A stretch of DNA of 64,000 bases, taken from Felis catus (taxonomy: Eukaryota). Below the pieces are notes generated by a model. That model was not told where the DNA came from. It saw only the letters and a program-made list of their open reading frames with translations, and did no database searches. Shown here one piece after another: positions 38,577-64,000 of this stretch. The stretch lies in contig NC_058368.1 of assembly GCF_018350175.1 (NCBI RefSeq), positions 211,298,001 to 211,362,000 of the forward strand, given 5' to 3'. Within the stretch, counting starts at the first letter, position 1. The number at the start of each line of letters is the position of its first letter. The position numbers and the translations under genes are program-made.

Positions 38577-38768
38577 AAGGAGCACGTGGGGGGCTCAGTT
38601 GGTTGAGTATTAGACTTTGGCTCTGTTCATGACCTGGCCGTTCATGAGTTAGAGCCCCACATCAGGCTCACTGCCGTCTGCCCAGAGCCTCCTTCAAATC
38701 CTCTGTCCCCCTCTCTCTGCCCCTCCCCTGCTTGCACTCTCTCAAAAATAAACAAACATTAAAAAAAA
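38577..38768 (+). mobile_element. CanSINE
   Basis: SINE body; TSD-like aaaatttgatccc/aaaatttgaaccc. Confidence 0.88.
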
Positions 38769-40221
38769 TTTGAACCCGACCTTTTGGGTCACTATACAGT
38801 TATAACAGGGTAGGAGGATAAACCATATTTAACTTAATAGTTTGTTAGCTTGATTTATAATTTTGAGACCTATGGCGTGTGGGGCCCCATTTGTTCTCCT
38901 CCCTCAGGTGCTAAATTCTAGGGTGTGCCTAATTATAAGTGCAAAAGGCGCCCTTGGACTTCTGAGCCTTAGGGGGAACCCACTATATAGCATTCTTTTT
39001 TCCAACTGGGTTCTAAACCAATTGAGAGAAAATGGACCAAAGCAAATGAGCATCAAAATATCAGCTTTGTTATCCATCAGTTGAAGGTGCATGGCAACAA
39101 TGGCTCCTCATTGATGAACTCCAGAGTGAGTCAGAGACCATCTATCACAGCGACACTGCACGCCCACCCCTGCTGTGTGAGCAGAGGCTTCACCCACTTG
39201 CTCCCCTCACCATGGGACTGGAAGACCGGACCACTCACACTGCACAGGTACACTGGCCAACCCAGAGAAGAAGAGCAGAGGGCCAAGGTGCCAACCCTTC
39301 TGCCAAACCCTCCAATCAAAGAACCACATGTTCTCCTCCAGGGTGAGGACAGGGGCAGAGAGAGGCTGGACAGTTTCACTCAGCAGGACTGGGAGATTAG
39401 TGAATCCCCTACACTCGCCCTAGTATAATGCTGCTTTGAATCTGTCTCCTACAAAGAACAGGAGGGTCTGAAAAAATTATTAGGAAGCTGGAAAATTTCA
39501 AATTTCTTTAAAAAAAAAAAATTGGATGCTTCCCTAATCCCAAAGCTGCATGTGATTTCACATTAGAAGGGCCATGTCAATTCTGACAGAGGAAAGGCAT
39601 TCTATCCCGAGCCTGATGGAGGACACTAGGCTAGCACAATGCTCCTGGCTTGGATATTCAGGTTTTAATGGATCAACTTCTCATCACGTGCATATAGGGC
39701 AAGTGAGGGTCTGTGCTCTGCTGATGGAGAACAGAGCAGTCTTCTTAGATGGTTTTGTGTTGTGTGAACTCAGCCGAGCTCGGCTCTACTGAAAAAGAGT
39801 ACGTACAGGAATCATCCCATCAGTACAGCCTTGAGCGAAACCACACGAGGACTCAGCATGTGCTACATCCAGAAAACGCTCTGCTGATGCCCATCCGTCT
39901 TCCACAGACTGTAGCACAGTGAGTGGCCAGGGCACTGTTATCACGTTCCGCTTTCTCTATGTGTGCTCTGCATTTGCTTGGAATCCAGTTCGGGAAGTAT
40001 TTCTGAAGCAGGTCCTGTGGTTCCAGCACTATGTCCGGTACAACGGAAGACAGAAAAGGAGGACAGAGCCCCTACCTGCCCTCAAGGAGTCTGCAGTCTA
40101 GTTGAAGCCCAAGACTCAGCAGCCCAGGGCAGTCGGGCTTGGGCTGAGTGCCTGGGGCTTCCCGCCTCACAGACATTATCAATGGGCTCAGTCTCTGCAA
40201 CCGCGCCTTGAGTCAGGTGCC

Positions 40222-40685
40222 TGTGGTAGGCAGCTAACGCGCCTGCTGCCCCAAAGGTATCTGTATCCTCATCCCCGAGCCCCGTGAATATGTTTCCTCA
40301 TACGAGAAAAGGGACTTTGCAGAGGTGATCGAGGATCTTGAGGTGGGAAATCATCCCGGGTGATCCAGGCAGGTCCGTCATTACAAGGGTCCTTGTAAGT
40401 GGAAGAAGAAGATCAGAGTCGGGGGGTGACAGCTTGCTGCTGCTGCCTCTGAAAATGGTAGGGGCCACGAGCCAAGAACGCGGGCGGCCTCTAGAAGCCA
40501 GAAAACGCACACTTCTTTGGGGCCTCCGGAAGGAACCAGCCCTGCCGATCGATCGATGCCTTGACCCCAACCCATGAGACCCCCTGCAGACTTCTGGCTT
40601 CCAGAACTGTAAGAGAAGAAATTTGGCTCGTTTGCAGTCACCAAGTCTGTGGTCATTCATTACAGCAGAAGAGGAAAGTAATAAA
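40222..40685 (+). mobile_element. MaLR LTR (MLT1D-like)
   Basis: tgtggtaggcag...gggactttgcagaggtgat...ctccggaaggaaccagccctgcc...ccagaactgtaagagaagaaattt...ttacagcag. Confidence 0.85.
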
Positions 40686-41337
40686 ATACCATTACCCTCG
40701 TTTTACAGGAGGAGAAGCTAGAGCACAGTGAGCTTAAGTACTTGACTCAAGGTCACACAGCGGGTGAGAGGCAGTGCTGGGATTCAAGTCCACGTTCCCT
40801 GAAGCACACGGGCCTCCACGCAGTAGAGAGCAGTGCAGTGAATTACAGAGTGGCACGAGGGCAGCGAGGGTCAAAGTAAAAGAGACATTCCTTGGCTTTT
40901 GCACATGCCTGTTCTCGCTGAGGATCCCAGGGAGTTGGTGGATATTTCCAAAGCAAAAGGGCTTCTGAGTCTCCAGCAGGAGGAGAGGGCCCCGGTTTTC
41001 TATGTTTCTGGGATGCTCAGCCCCCGCGCAGGGCCGCTAAGGACGCCGAGCTGGAGTCCCGGGGCTGGAGGTCACCGTAACTGCCCCTTGCAGTGGCCCC
41101 AGGACGAGAGAACTCAGGTCACACTTCTGCCTCCTCATAAAATGGCAAAGAAATCGAGATCCAGAGAAGAACGCGTGCTTTGAGGGAGATCTGGGGAAAC
41201 ATTGATCGGTGAGTAAATCTATGCTCCTCAGGGCACCGCAGGGGGAAGGGAACCAGAATGGAAACCAGGATTTAATAAGCATCTCTGCCAAGCACTCTGC
41301 TAGGCCATTTGTATATGAGATTTCATGAGGTTCTTTT

Positions 41338-41533
41338 AGTTTATTTCTTTATTTTGGGAGAGAGTGTGTAAGAGCAGGAGGAGGGGCAGAGAGAAGGAGA
41401 GAGAGAATCCCAAGCAGGCTCCGTGCTGCTAGCACAGAGACGGTTGCAGGGCTCGAACTCAAGAACCAGGAGATCATGACCCGAACGGAAATGAAGAGTT
41501 GGAGGCTTTACCGACGAAGCCACCCAGGCGCCC
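41338..41533 (-). mobile_element. CanSINE
   Basis: Reverse SINE; TSD tgagatttcatg. Confidence 0.9.
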
Positions 41534-42487
41534 TGAGATTTCATGGTTTTAAGCACTAAGCCATGACGTAACATTAGTCACTTCTATTTTACTCTAAAGG
41601 AAACAGGCTCAAAGCTCTGAACTAATGTTCCATGGTTAACAAACCTCGTAAATGAAATTCTAGAGCTGAGATTTGAGCCCACGTGGATCTAACACCTCCA
41701 CCCTCCACCCTGATCGTAAGTGGAGGGAAGAGCTATCCCTACCTCTTGGTTTTGAGGTACCTCAAAAGTCTCCTCACATACCTGCCTTCTCAAATGGCCA
41801 CCATGTCTGAGGATTTACTCACTGTTCTCCAGGAAACGAGGAGGGCGGGATCCCTGGGCAACAGGACAAGGAGGGACCCAGGAGGGAGATTCCAGGATTT
41901 GGGGGCAGACACCAGATCCTGCCTGAGGGTGTTGAACACTGGAACCAAGGGGGCCCGAGTTAACGGTACCTGCAGAGGGTGGAGAGGAGAGCCCCATGGA
42001 CATGTCTCTCCAGCCGCACAAGCTTCTGTCGGGGTGACCAGATTGCAGAACACACTCATCTCAGCCAGTAAGTAGCTGCGGCTGGGCATCCCCACCTTGC
42101 ATGAGGGGATTTCTCCTCAAAACTCCTTGCAGAGGTTTGCAATCCTCATCTGTGCTACCTTTTCAACACACAATTCGTGTCTGGGGAGAAAGCAGATGCA
42201 CGCAGTACCGAGCTTTTTTTCAGCTGTTGAGTGAGCGAGGACTTTGTGATCACCTGGCCCCTCCCCGGAGGACCCAGGGGGCATCTCCGGCTGCTTTGGC
42301 GGCAAAGCTTCCTGAGAAGTGAGACGGCTCCACTTTGCACAGACTGATGAAAGCAAAACCACCAGGACCTCAAAAGACGTTTTCAACATTGGCTGCTGTG
42401 GGTTTGCTTTTTGTTCAGGGAAGGTAACCAAGAAAGACCAGGAAGAAACAGATCAAAGCTGGACACGATCAAAATATCTCATCATCC

Positions 42488-42662
42488 GCAAACCATTAAG
42501 AGACTCTTAAATACTGAGAACAAACTGAAGGTTGATGGGGGGTGGCGGGGAGGGGGAAAGTGGGTGATGGGCATTGAGGAGAGCACCTGTTGGGATGAGC
42601 ACTGGGTGTTGTATGGAAACCAATTTGACAATAAATTATATTTAATATTAAAAAAAAACCCC
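42488..42662 (+). mobile_element. 5'-truncated felid L1 3' end
   Basis: aagagactcttaaatactgagaacaaactga...gatgagcactgggtgttgtatgga; TSD AAATATCTCATCATCC at 42472-42487 and 42663-42678. Confidence 0.92.
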
Positions 42663-43085
42663 AAATATCTCATCATCCATGTTGATATCCTGGAATTACA
42701 CTGAGGCCTAAATATTTGGTGTTGGATGTGAACATGGTGGGAGGCTGCTGTGAGGGTCCAATACTGCCCTGTCACAGTTTGCTGGTCACACCGTGTCACT
42801 CACCCTGTTCCCAAAGGCCAACTGCGGCTGTCATAGTGGGTGCATCCAGAAAGCAAAGACAAGCCTATTTGATATACAGAAGGAAATGATGTCTCTCAAA
42901 ACATTTTCAACTCTTTCGGCTCAGTTTATGTTGAAGATGTATCGTGGACAGTTTTAGGGTTTGACCTTGCCATATTGACGAAAGTTATTCATTCTCTCAT
43001 GCACTACGAGTAGAATATAGGCAGATTCAATTTTTGGAGAAGGCAATCGGGCAGTGCTGATCAACGCTTTAAGTGGGTAATCCCT

Positions 43086-43290
43086 TGGGGCACCTGGGTG
43101 GCTCAGTCGGTTAAGCCTCCGACTGTGGCTCCGGTCATGATCTTGCCTTCTGTGAGTTCGAGCCCTGTTTTGGGCTCTGTGCTGACTGCTCAAAGCCTGG
43201 AGCCTGCTTCCAATCCTGTCTGCCTTGGTCTCTGCCCCTCCCTTACTCGTACTCTTTCTTTCTCTCTCAAAAATCAACATTAAAAAAAAA
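43086..43290 (+). mobile_element. CanSINE
   Basis: ggggcacctgggtggctcagtcggttaagc head, A tail. Confidence 0.9.
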
Positions 43291-44102
43291 TTAAAACCTA
43301 AATGATCAATTATATCAACCATATATAATCATATATCATTCAGTCTTGAAAGTGATAAGGATATATAATAGTTGACATAGAGCATGTGCACAAGCAGAAG
43401 GGAAGTTATAAAACAGTATCTAGGGGACAAGTTCAGTTGGTTTATTTTTCCTAAGTATCTCTACGTGCTTAGAAATAGTCTTGGGAGGATATATTACGAT
43501 GTTGGTATGTGTGGGACCTCAGGGGACATTTGTCTTCCTTTTCGTATTATGGACCTTCCGCAAACAGCATTTCATAATTCTGTTGTTCAAACACACACGT
43601 TTCAAACAAACACAGAATCAATGTTTGAGAAACCGTTGCTCCTTACTGAAAACTGAAGGTCAAGCTCCACAACAGAAATAGGCCAAATCGGCCCTGACGG
43701 TCTTGGCCGCAACACGAGCGCAGGACTAAGACACTCAGCAAGTGCTTCCTACCTGCTCCCGGCACATCGGAACAGAAGGATAGTTCCGGGAATGAAGGAC
43801 AGAGATGTCCTCCGCACTAGGTTGCCGGGAAACAGAGCTTTGGCGTGAGCCCGGAGTGGGGACGGGTGGAGTGGTGCCAGCTTGCTCTGGCCTCCTCTGG
43901 AAGTGCAGGTAGAGAGGCCCAGCCCAGGCCCCCGCTGTCACTCAGGGTGGCTCCCGCGCCCCGCCACAGGCATCCTCCTCTGGCACTTCTGACAGGCAAC
44001 TCTGTTGGAAATTCCGCTTCAGGACACACCGAGAATATGGTTACCTTTGGATTCACAAAACTAGGAGTTCTTATTAACTTTGAATAGAGGTACCTCAAGA
44101 GA

Positions 44103-44315
44103 GGGGAGCCTGGGTGGCTCAGTCAGTTAAGCGTCAGACTTTGGCTCAGGTCACGATCTCGCGGTCCGTAAGTTCGAGCCCCACATCGGGCCCTGTGCTG
44201 ATGGCTCAGAGCCTGGAGCCTGCTTCGGATTCTGTCTCCCTCTCTGCCCCTCTCCTGCTCATGCTCTATCTCTGTCTCTCAAAAATAAATTTAAAAATGT
44301 TAAAAAAAAAAAAAA
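44103..44315 (+). mobile_element. CanSINE
   Basis: SINE head, body and A tail. Confidence 0.9.
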
Positions 44316-44809
44316 GCACTTGAAGAGATGTATAGATACCATGTCACCCAAATGCTAAGAGGATCTTTCCAATTTTAGAAATCGTTAGAAGCTTTTTCTA
44401 AGTGACATCCAAATGATTTGTAGTGCAAAGGATAATTTGAGCCTTTTCTATTTTCAGAAGGCACCCTGTATCTGAAAGGACATTCATGATGTTGGGGCCC
44501 TGAGTGGCTTTAATGGCAAAGTAATTATCTGTATACAAATGTGCTGAGCCTTCCAACGTAATTAAATCACTGATCCTCAGGACAGTTTCCACTGATGTCA
44601 CACAACAGCACTGAAATAGCAAATTGTCAGCTTCAGCCTGTACAGATTTTTTTCCCCATTAGGCCAGAAAGAGTTTTAACATATACAGTAGTACTTTTCT
44701 TTTTTAATACACTAGAGGATCGATATAATCATGGACTTCTCTCCACATTACCACTTCATTGTTTGGACTATTTCAGAAATTAAAGACAACAGTTAAAGCA
44801 AGAAAACGA

Positions 44810-44982
44810 TTTTTTTTAAATATTTATTTACTTGGGGGGGGGGGGGAGCAGAGAGAGAGGGAAACAGAGAATCCAAAGCAGGCTCTCTGCTGACAGCAGA
44901 AAGCCCAATGTGGGGCTTGAGCTCACGAACCATGAGACCATGACCTGAGCCAAAGTCAGATGCTTAACGAGCCACCCAGGTG
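44810..44982 (-). mobile_element. CanSINE
   Basis: Reverse SINE; TSD taaagcaagaaaac. Confidence 0.88.
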
Positions 44983-46789
44983 ATGCTAAAGCAAGAAAAC
45001 TTAAAGCAGAAGAGGTCACTGGAAAGAAGTAATGGTTAGCAGATACTGAATGCCTAGGATGCGCAGGCGTGGTGCTCACCCCTAAAGCTTTAACCTTTAC
45101 AGTCCTGCAAGGTTGGTCTTATCCCTAGTTTACGGATTAAAAAAAAAAAAAAAAAGGCTTAAAGTGTTTGAATAGTTGACTTGCCCAAGGTCATCTAGTT
45201 AATGCTGGCATTGGAATTTGATCTAAGCCCTTCCAGAGTTAAGAGCCCATGTCCTGGCCACTGTTGAAGTCATACTTCTCATTTAGGTGACCGTGCACAT
45301 GCCGAATCAGTCAGGGCTTGAGTCACCTGTGACCCAAAGCCCCAAACAACAGAGGCTTCTGTAACGTGGGAGATTTCTCTGGGGTGCAGAGGTTAGGTAG
45401 TCTGGGGCTCGCAGAGTCCCTCCGAGGCGTCAAGCTCCTGTGCTTTAGTTGCTCTGCCCCGGAAGGACTCGTGGTCCCAGACTGGGCTTAGAGCTCCGGC
45501 TGCTACCTCTTCCTGTAAGCCCACAAGAGGAAGGTATGAAGACATCCCACGCCTTCAAGGGCACGTCCCAAGAGTTGCTCAAATCACTGGCCAGAACTTA
45601 CTGACACCTAGCTGTCGGGAGGCTGGGGCGATGATCGTTATGTGCTGGGTGGCTTTGTGCCAACGGGATATCAGAGTTTGAGGGAAGAAGGGGACTGAGA
45701 GGCTGTAAAAGCCTCTTCCACGTGCTTACAAAACATGCCAGGAGTAAAATGGAGATCTTAAACCCTTCCTCTCCCCTTTCGTGAGGGTGTATTTTCTGCT
45801 GGCCAGAAGGGAAACATTAACTCAGAGTTCTGTTTGAAGTATTTCATGAAAATCGGCTTAACAAACCCTCACTACCCACCATCCAGAAATAACAAATGCT
45901 AATATTTTCCTCCAGATCTGAGAAAAAAAGGACTCAGATGAGGTCCCTCCTGCTGCCGCACCTCCTGCTTCCGTTCCTCTCCCTTCTTTTCTGGAGGCGA
46001 TTACTTTTCTCATCAGTGCTTCCCAGCGAGGTTTCTCTACTTTCTCTTCATAGACAACAACAGTATTTTTAAAAACTTTATAAATGGCATACGTTTCATC
46101 TTCTGATCGGCTTATTCTCACCCAACATTTTTTCCACAGCTAGCCACTGATATTACAGATCAAGTTCCCTCATTTTAACTGCTCAATTGTTTGCCCACTT
46201 ATAAATAGGCCTCAGTTTACCCATTGTCTTGTTCATGGACATTTAAGTATTTTAAAACAATTCAGCTGTGAGCGTCCATGTAGTAATAATGTGCCCTGTA
46301 CACACACGCAAGGGTCCCTGAGTACTGCTCCTCAAGCTTCAAGGAGGGTAGGAATCTTGTAAGGAAGGGTAAGGAAGAGAAATCTTGTTAACAACAGATG
46401 GTCACACGGCAAGTCCCGGGCGGAACCTGAGAGCTGCACTCCAGAGAGAGTTCCCAGGTGAAGTCCACACTGCACCTCCGTGGACTCTGAGAAGGGAGAC
46501 TCTAGTTATGTGCCCAGGGTCACAGAGCCAAGGGTCACAGGCTATCCATATCTTCAACTTTCACAGACATCATCGAACTGAATCACTTTTACTTCAGAAG
46601 AAATCAATTTTCATTTCTTCATCCTAACATTCAATCTTGATCTTGTGAGACTTTTTGCCTTCTGCCGGTCTGAAAGCATGAAACAAAAATTAAGTCATAG
46701 TCCCCTGGTTATCAGTAATGATGATCATCTTTTCATATTTTTAAACTATTCAAGTTTTTTCTGTTCAAATTTTTATTCACTTTTCTAAT

Positions 46790-47412
46790 GTGGTCTCGCT
46801 GTCATGTGAGGACCCTGGGGATTGGTCCTTCCTTTTCCAATTTCCGACCCATGTGAAGCTCCATTTTCTTCATATATTTTAACCAAACACAGAGCAACAG
46901 ACTGACTGCAGAAACCAATTTAAGAATCCGGCTGTCTTTCATTAAGCTAGACAAAGAAGTTTTCAGAAATGTTAAGCCAATTTCGCTCATTAAACTTCGA
47001 AAGTTCTTTTTCATAACTGTAATTTCATAACCTGTACTATTTTTAATACTTTAAAAATTCTTCTAATTTTTTTTAAACAATCTTTTTTTTAAAGTTTATT
47101 TATTTATTTTGAGAGAGAGAGAGAAAGTAGGAGGGGCAGAGAGAGAGGGAGAGAGAGAGAATTCCAAGCAGGCTCTGCACCATCAGCACAGAGCCTGATG
47201 TGGGGCTTGAACTCACAAACCATGAGACCATTACCTGAGCCGAAACCAAGAGTCGGACGCTTAACCGACTGAGCTACCCAGGCACCCCTTCTATTTTAAT
47301 TTCTAGGAGAGTAAGTATCAATAGATAGAACCTAAACACACACACACTCTGTGGAGTTCTCAATTTTTAAGTGTGTGAAGAGGTCTTGAGACCAAAAAAG
47401 TTTGAGAACTGA
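46790..47412 (-). mobile_element. hAT-Charlie (Charlie1-like) DNA transposon relic with a CanSINE inserted at ~47082-47288
   Basis: Reverse strand begins cagttctcaaacttttttggtctcaagacctcttcacacacttaaaaattgaga; internal aagaatccggctgtctttcattaagctagaca. Confidence 0.7.
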
Positions 47413-49096
47413 GGTATTAATTAATACATGGTTGTCATTTGCTCACTGATTTGTAGGAGGGACTTTTTCATGTATTCTGGATACTAATCCTGTCACTTAT
47501 ACATATTGCAAACAACTTCTCCCAGTCTGAGACTTGTCTTTTTACTCGTGCTGCCTACCATTCTACAAAGAGCTTTTATTTTGATGCAGTTCTATTTTCC
47601 CATCGTGTACTGTTGCTAAGTAAGGATACTGCTCCTATTTTGAAACAGAAAAAGTCTCACTGGGCTTTCTAGAGAACCCCAGCTTTGGTGCGACTCAATG
47701 AATTACGGAGAGAATATGGGATCTGCCCTAACCCTCTCTTCACAGAACCCGCATTCCATCCATCTTCCATACCTCAACTTCTTTCAATCAAGGTGATGGT
47801 TACCACTGACCTTTAATGAGATCAATGTAAGGTACGTGCTCGTGTATTTCAGACTATTCTGTTTTCCTTCAGACAAATGAAATAGAATGTCTATGATTCA
47901 CCAAAAATAACCTTTTACCTTCAGCATAATACATGTTGCTGTTTTCCTCTTCAGAAGTAGATTAGTATATAGGAAGGACATTCCCATAAAACTTAATACA
48001 CATTTAATTCAACTAAATTTAACTTAAAAAGATTTAACGCATTTAAATTCAACATTCTATATAAAGCTTTTGTATTTAGAAAGCACTTTCATAATACTAT
48101 CTTATCTGCCCTTTGTAATAATCCTGTAAGATAAATGGAGACAATACTATGCTAAGAACTGTTAGAGATGAGGAGAAAGAAATTGGGAGAAGTTAAACAA
48201 CTGGTCAACATTACATGCATAGGACTACAAATGAGCTCTAACTTTTAATCACAGCTAATGAAGATCCCTTCAAAATCTGGTTGAGTTTTGCCAATCAGAA
48301 TAAAAGTGGCAAGTAAGCCCTACCAACCCTCACATGAAGCAGAAACCGAACACCTGCATGGCGGTTACAAGTGAAAGCAAGGGAAGTCTGAAGGGCATTT
48401 ATAGGGCATTTCAAGAGGACTTCACATTTTTAGTGTACGTGCGATCAGTATGTCCTCCTGCTCATCAATATTCCTATTCATAATTACAGCCAATCCACCT
48501 CGTTCTGTTAGAGGAGGGGGGCATGTTTTCAGATCAAGCCTGGAAGGAAGAGCCCTCTGACCTGGCTGCTATTCTCCCTGAAGGGACAAGAAGAGGACAA
48601 GAAACATCAATTAGGAGAAGTTAGTGATAGAAGTTAGAAACAAAAAGGAAAAAAGATAAAGAGAATCTACTTATGTCTCTAAATGAAGAAGGAAACAATT
48701 AAAAATTAAAATACAAATGCGTATTTTCAAGTCAAGCACACAGAATGATTGAGCTCAATACTATCCCATGAGACTTTCAGGAAAGTCCTTGCCATCGGAG
48801 ACTCAGGTTCTAGAGCTCATGCATAATTGGAGATTCCTTCATGTGAGGATTCAAGGACATAAGGAGAGAACTTCGCTAAACAGAAAGTATATATTTTAAG
48901 CTAGTGAGTTCAGAGTTACTCTCAAGGCCAATTAGAAGAACTGCCTACTTAATCCATCCTCATCCTAAAATCTGGCTCATTACTGGTCCGTATACTTGAC
49001 CACACTCACTTTCAACAATTCTCCAGATTTCCTTTGAGTCAATATTCATCTTTGCTATAGAATTCATGGCATAAATATCAGCCCTATGAAAAAACT

Positions 49097-49102
49097 TTTA
49101 TT
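49097..49102 (-). terminator. Candidate DNAJC21 polyadenylation signal AATAAA
   Basis: tttatt on + strand, ~880 nt past the stop, at the end of an AT-rich repeat-free stretch consistent with a 3' UTR. Confidence 0.45.
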
Positions 49103-49980
49103 AAAAAGTGTCTTCCATTAAATGATGAAAAAAACAAAATTAAAAACTTTTGAAAATAGTGAAAAAACAAACCCCAAGGCAGAATATCCTTTTTTAAAAA
49201 GTTGGTATAAAATCTGAACATCCACCACCTTGATCCATAATGCTTCAATGGCTGTCACTGTGTCAAAGAAGAAGCAACATCTTCATTAATTTGCTTCCAC
49301 CTCCACAATTTAAATCAGAGCAAAACACCAAAGATCTACCTTACTGATAATTACCTATAAAATCTCAAAATCAACAGTGACACCTTGAAGAGGTATTAGT
49401 CTTGAAATATAACTATGTATGCTCAATTTGTTTCTACCTATCACTGTCCTTGAAGAAAAAAATACAGTAATCAACAATAGATTATTTAGAAATAATTTGA
49501 AAGTCAGAACTGGAGTCATGTTATCAAGTGGGAAGAAAAACTCTACGATGATTTTAAAACAATCTGAGTCTTTGACAGATCATGAAGTATAACAATACAA
49601 AAGCATTGAATCATGTGAAAATACTATGTGAATTCCCAAAACAAAACAGAAAGGAGCATCTGTATGTGTTAAAATAATTTAATTCTCCCTGTACATTTCT
49701 GTTCACATGAGCCAAGAGAAATCAAGAATGCATACTTTACAATATTTACCTGTTTTGAGACATTCAAGTCAATTCAGATGGCAAAGTAGAATTCAACCAT
49801 TAATGAAATGTTTAAAAATATATATATTAAACGAAAAAATGTTTTTACAAGATAAAAAATAATCTTCCACAATGCAATAAATTGCAGATCACTGAAATTT
49901 TAACTGTTTAGATGATTTCAGTTCAGTTTTTGGTTTTAAAATCTAGAAACAATCAAAAAGAAAAAGTGTTGACAGAATTT

Positions 49981-63957
<13,977 letters not shown>

Positions 63958-64000
63958 TTAGAAACTGCATTTCCGGAGACAAAACAATGTTACTAGCATT

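Overview
Mammalian genomic DNA from a cat-family carnivore, judged by the abundant felid-type tRNA-derived CanSINEs and carnivore L1s; the species cannot be determined from the sequence. The window holds the 3' halves of two convergent genes. AGXT2 (+ strand) has seven coding exons between 962 and 26097. DNAJC21 (- strand) has six coding exons between 63866 and 49981. About 23 kb of repeat-rich intergenic DNA separates them. The main observation is that the AGXT2 exon carrying the PLP-binding lysine (2343-2464) is 122 nt rather than the 133 nt needed for the conserved MAKGIGNGFP motif. The 11 missing nt directly after the catalytic Lys shift the frame and create a TAA at 4526-4528, so AGXT2 looks inactivated in this sequence (a real loss, a null allele or an assembly error). 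All other exons and splice sites of both genes are intact. Other points: a nest of ERV1-class LTRs with an inverted-repeat hairpin and pol/env remnants in the last AGXT2 intron, an inverted SINE pair tightly bracketing a 76-nt DNAJC21 exon, candidate poison or decayed alternative exons in DNAJC21, a 24-bp tailless SINE head with a target-site duplication, and two large degraded L1s. Exon numbers and ortholog comparisons come from my recollection of the human proteins, not from a database search.
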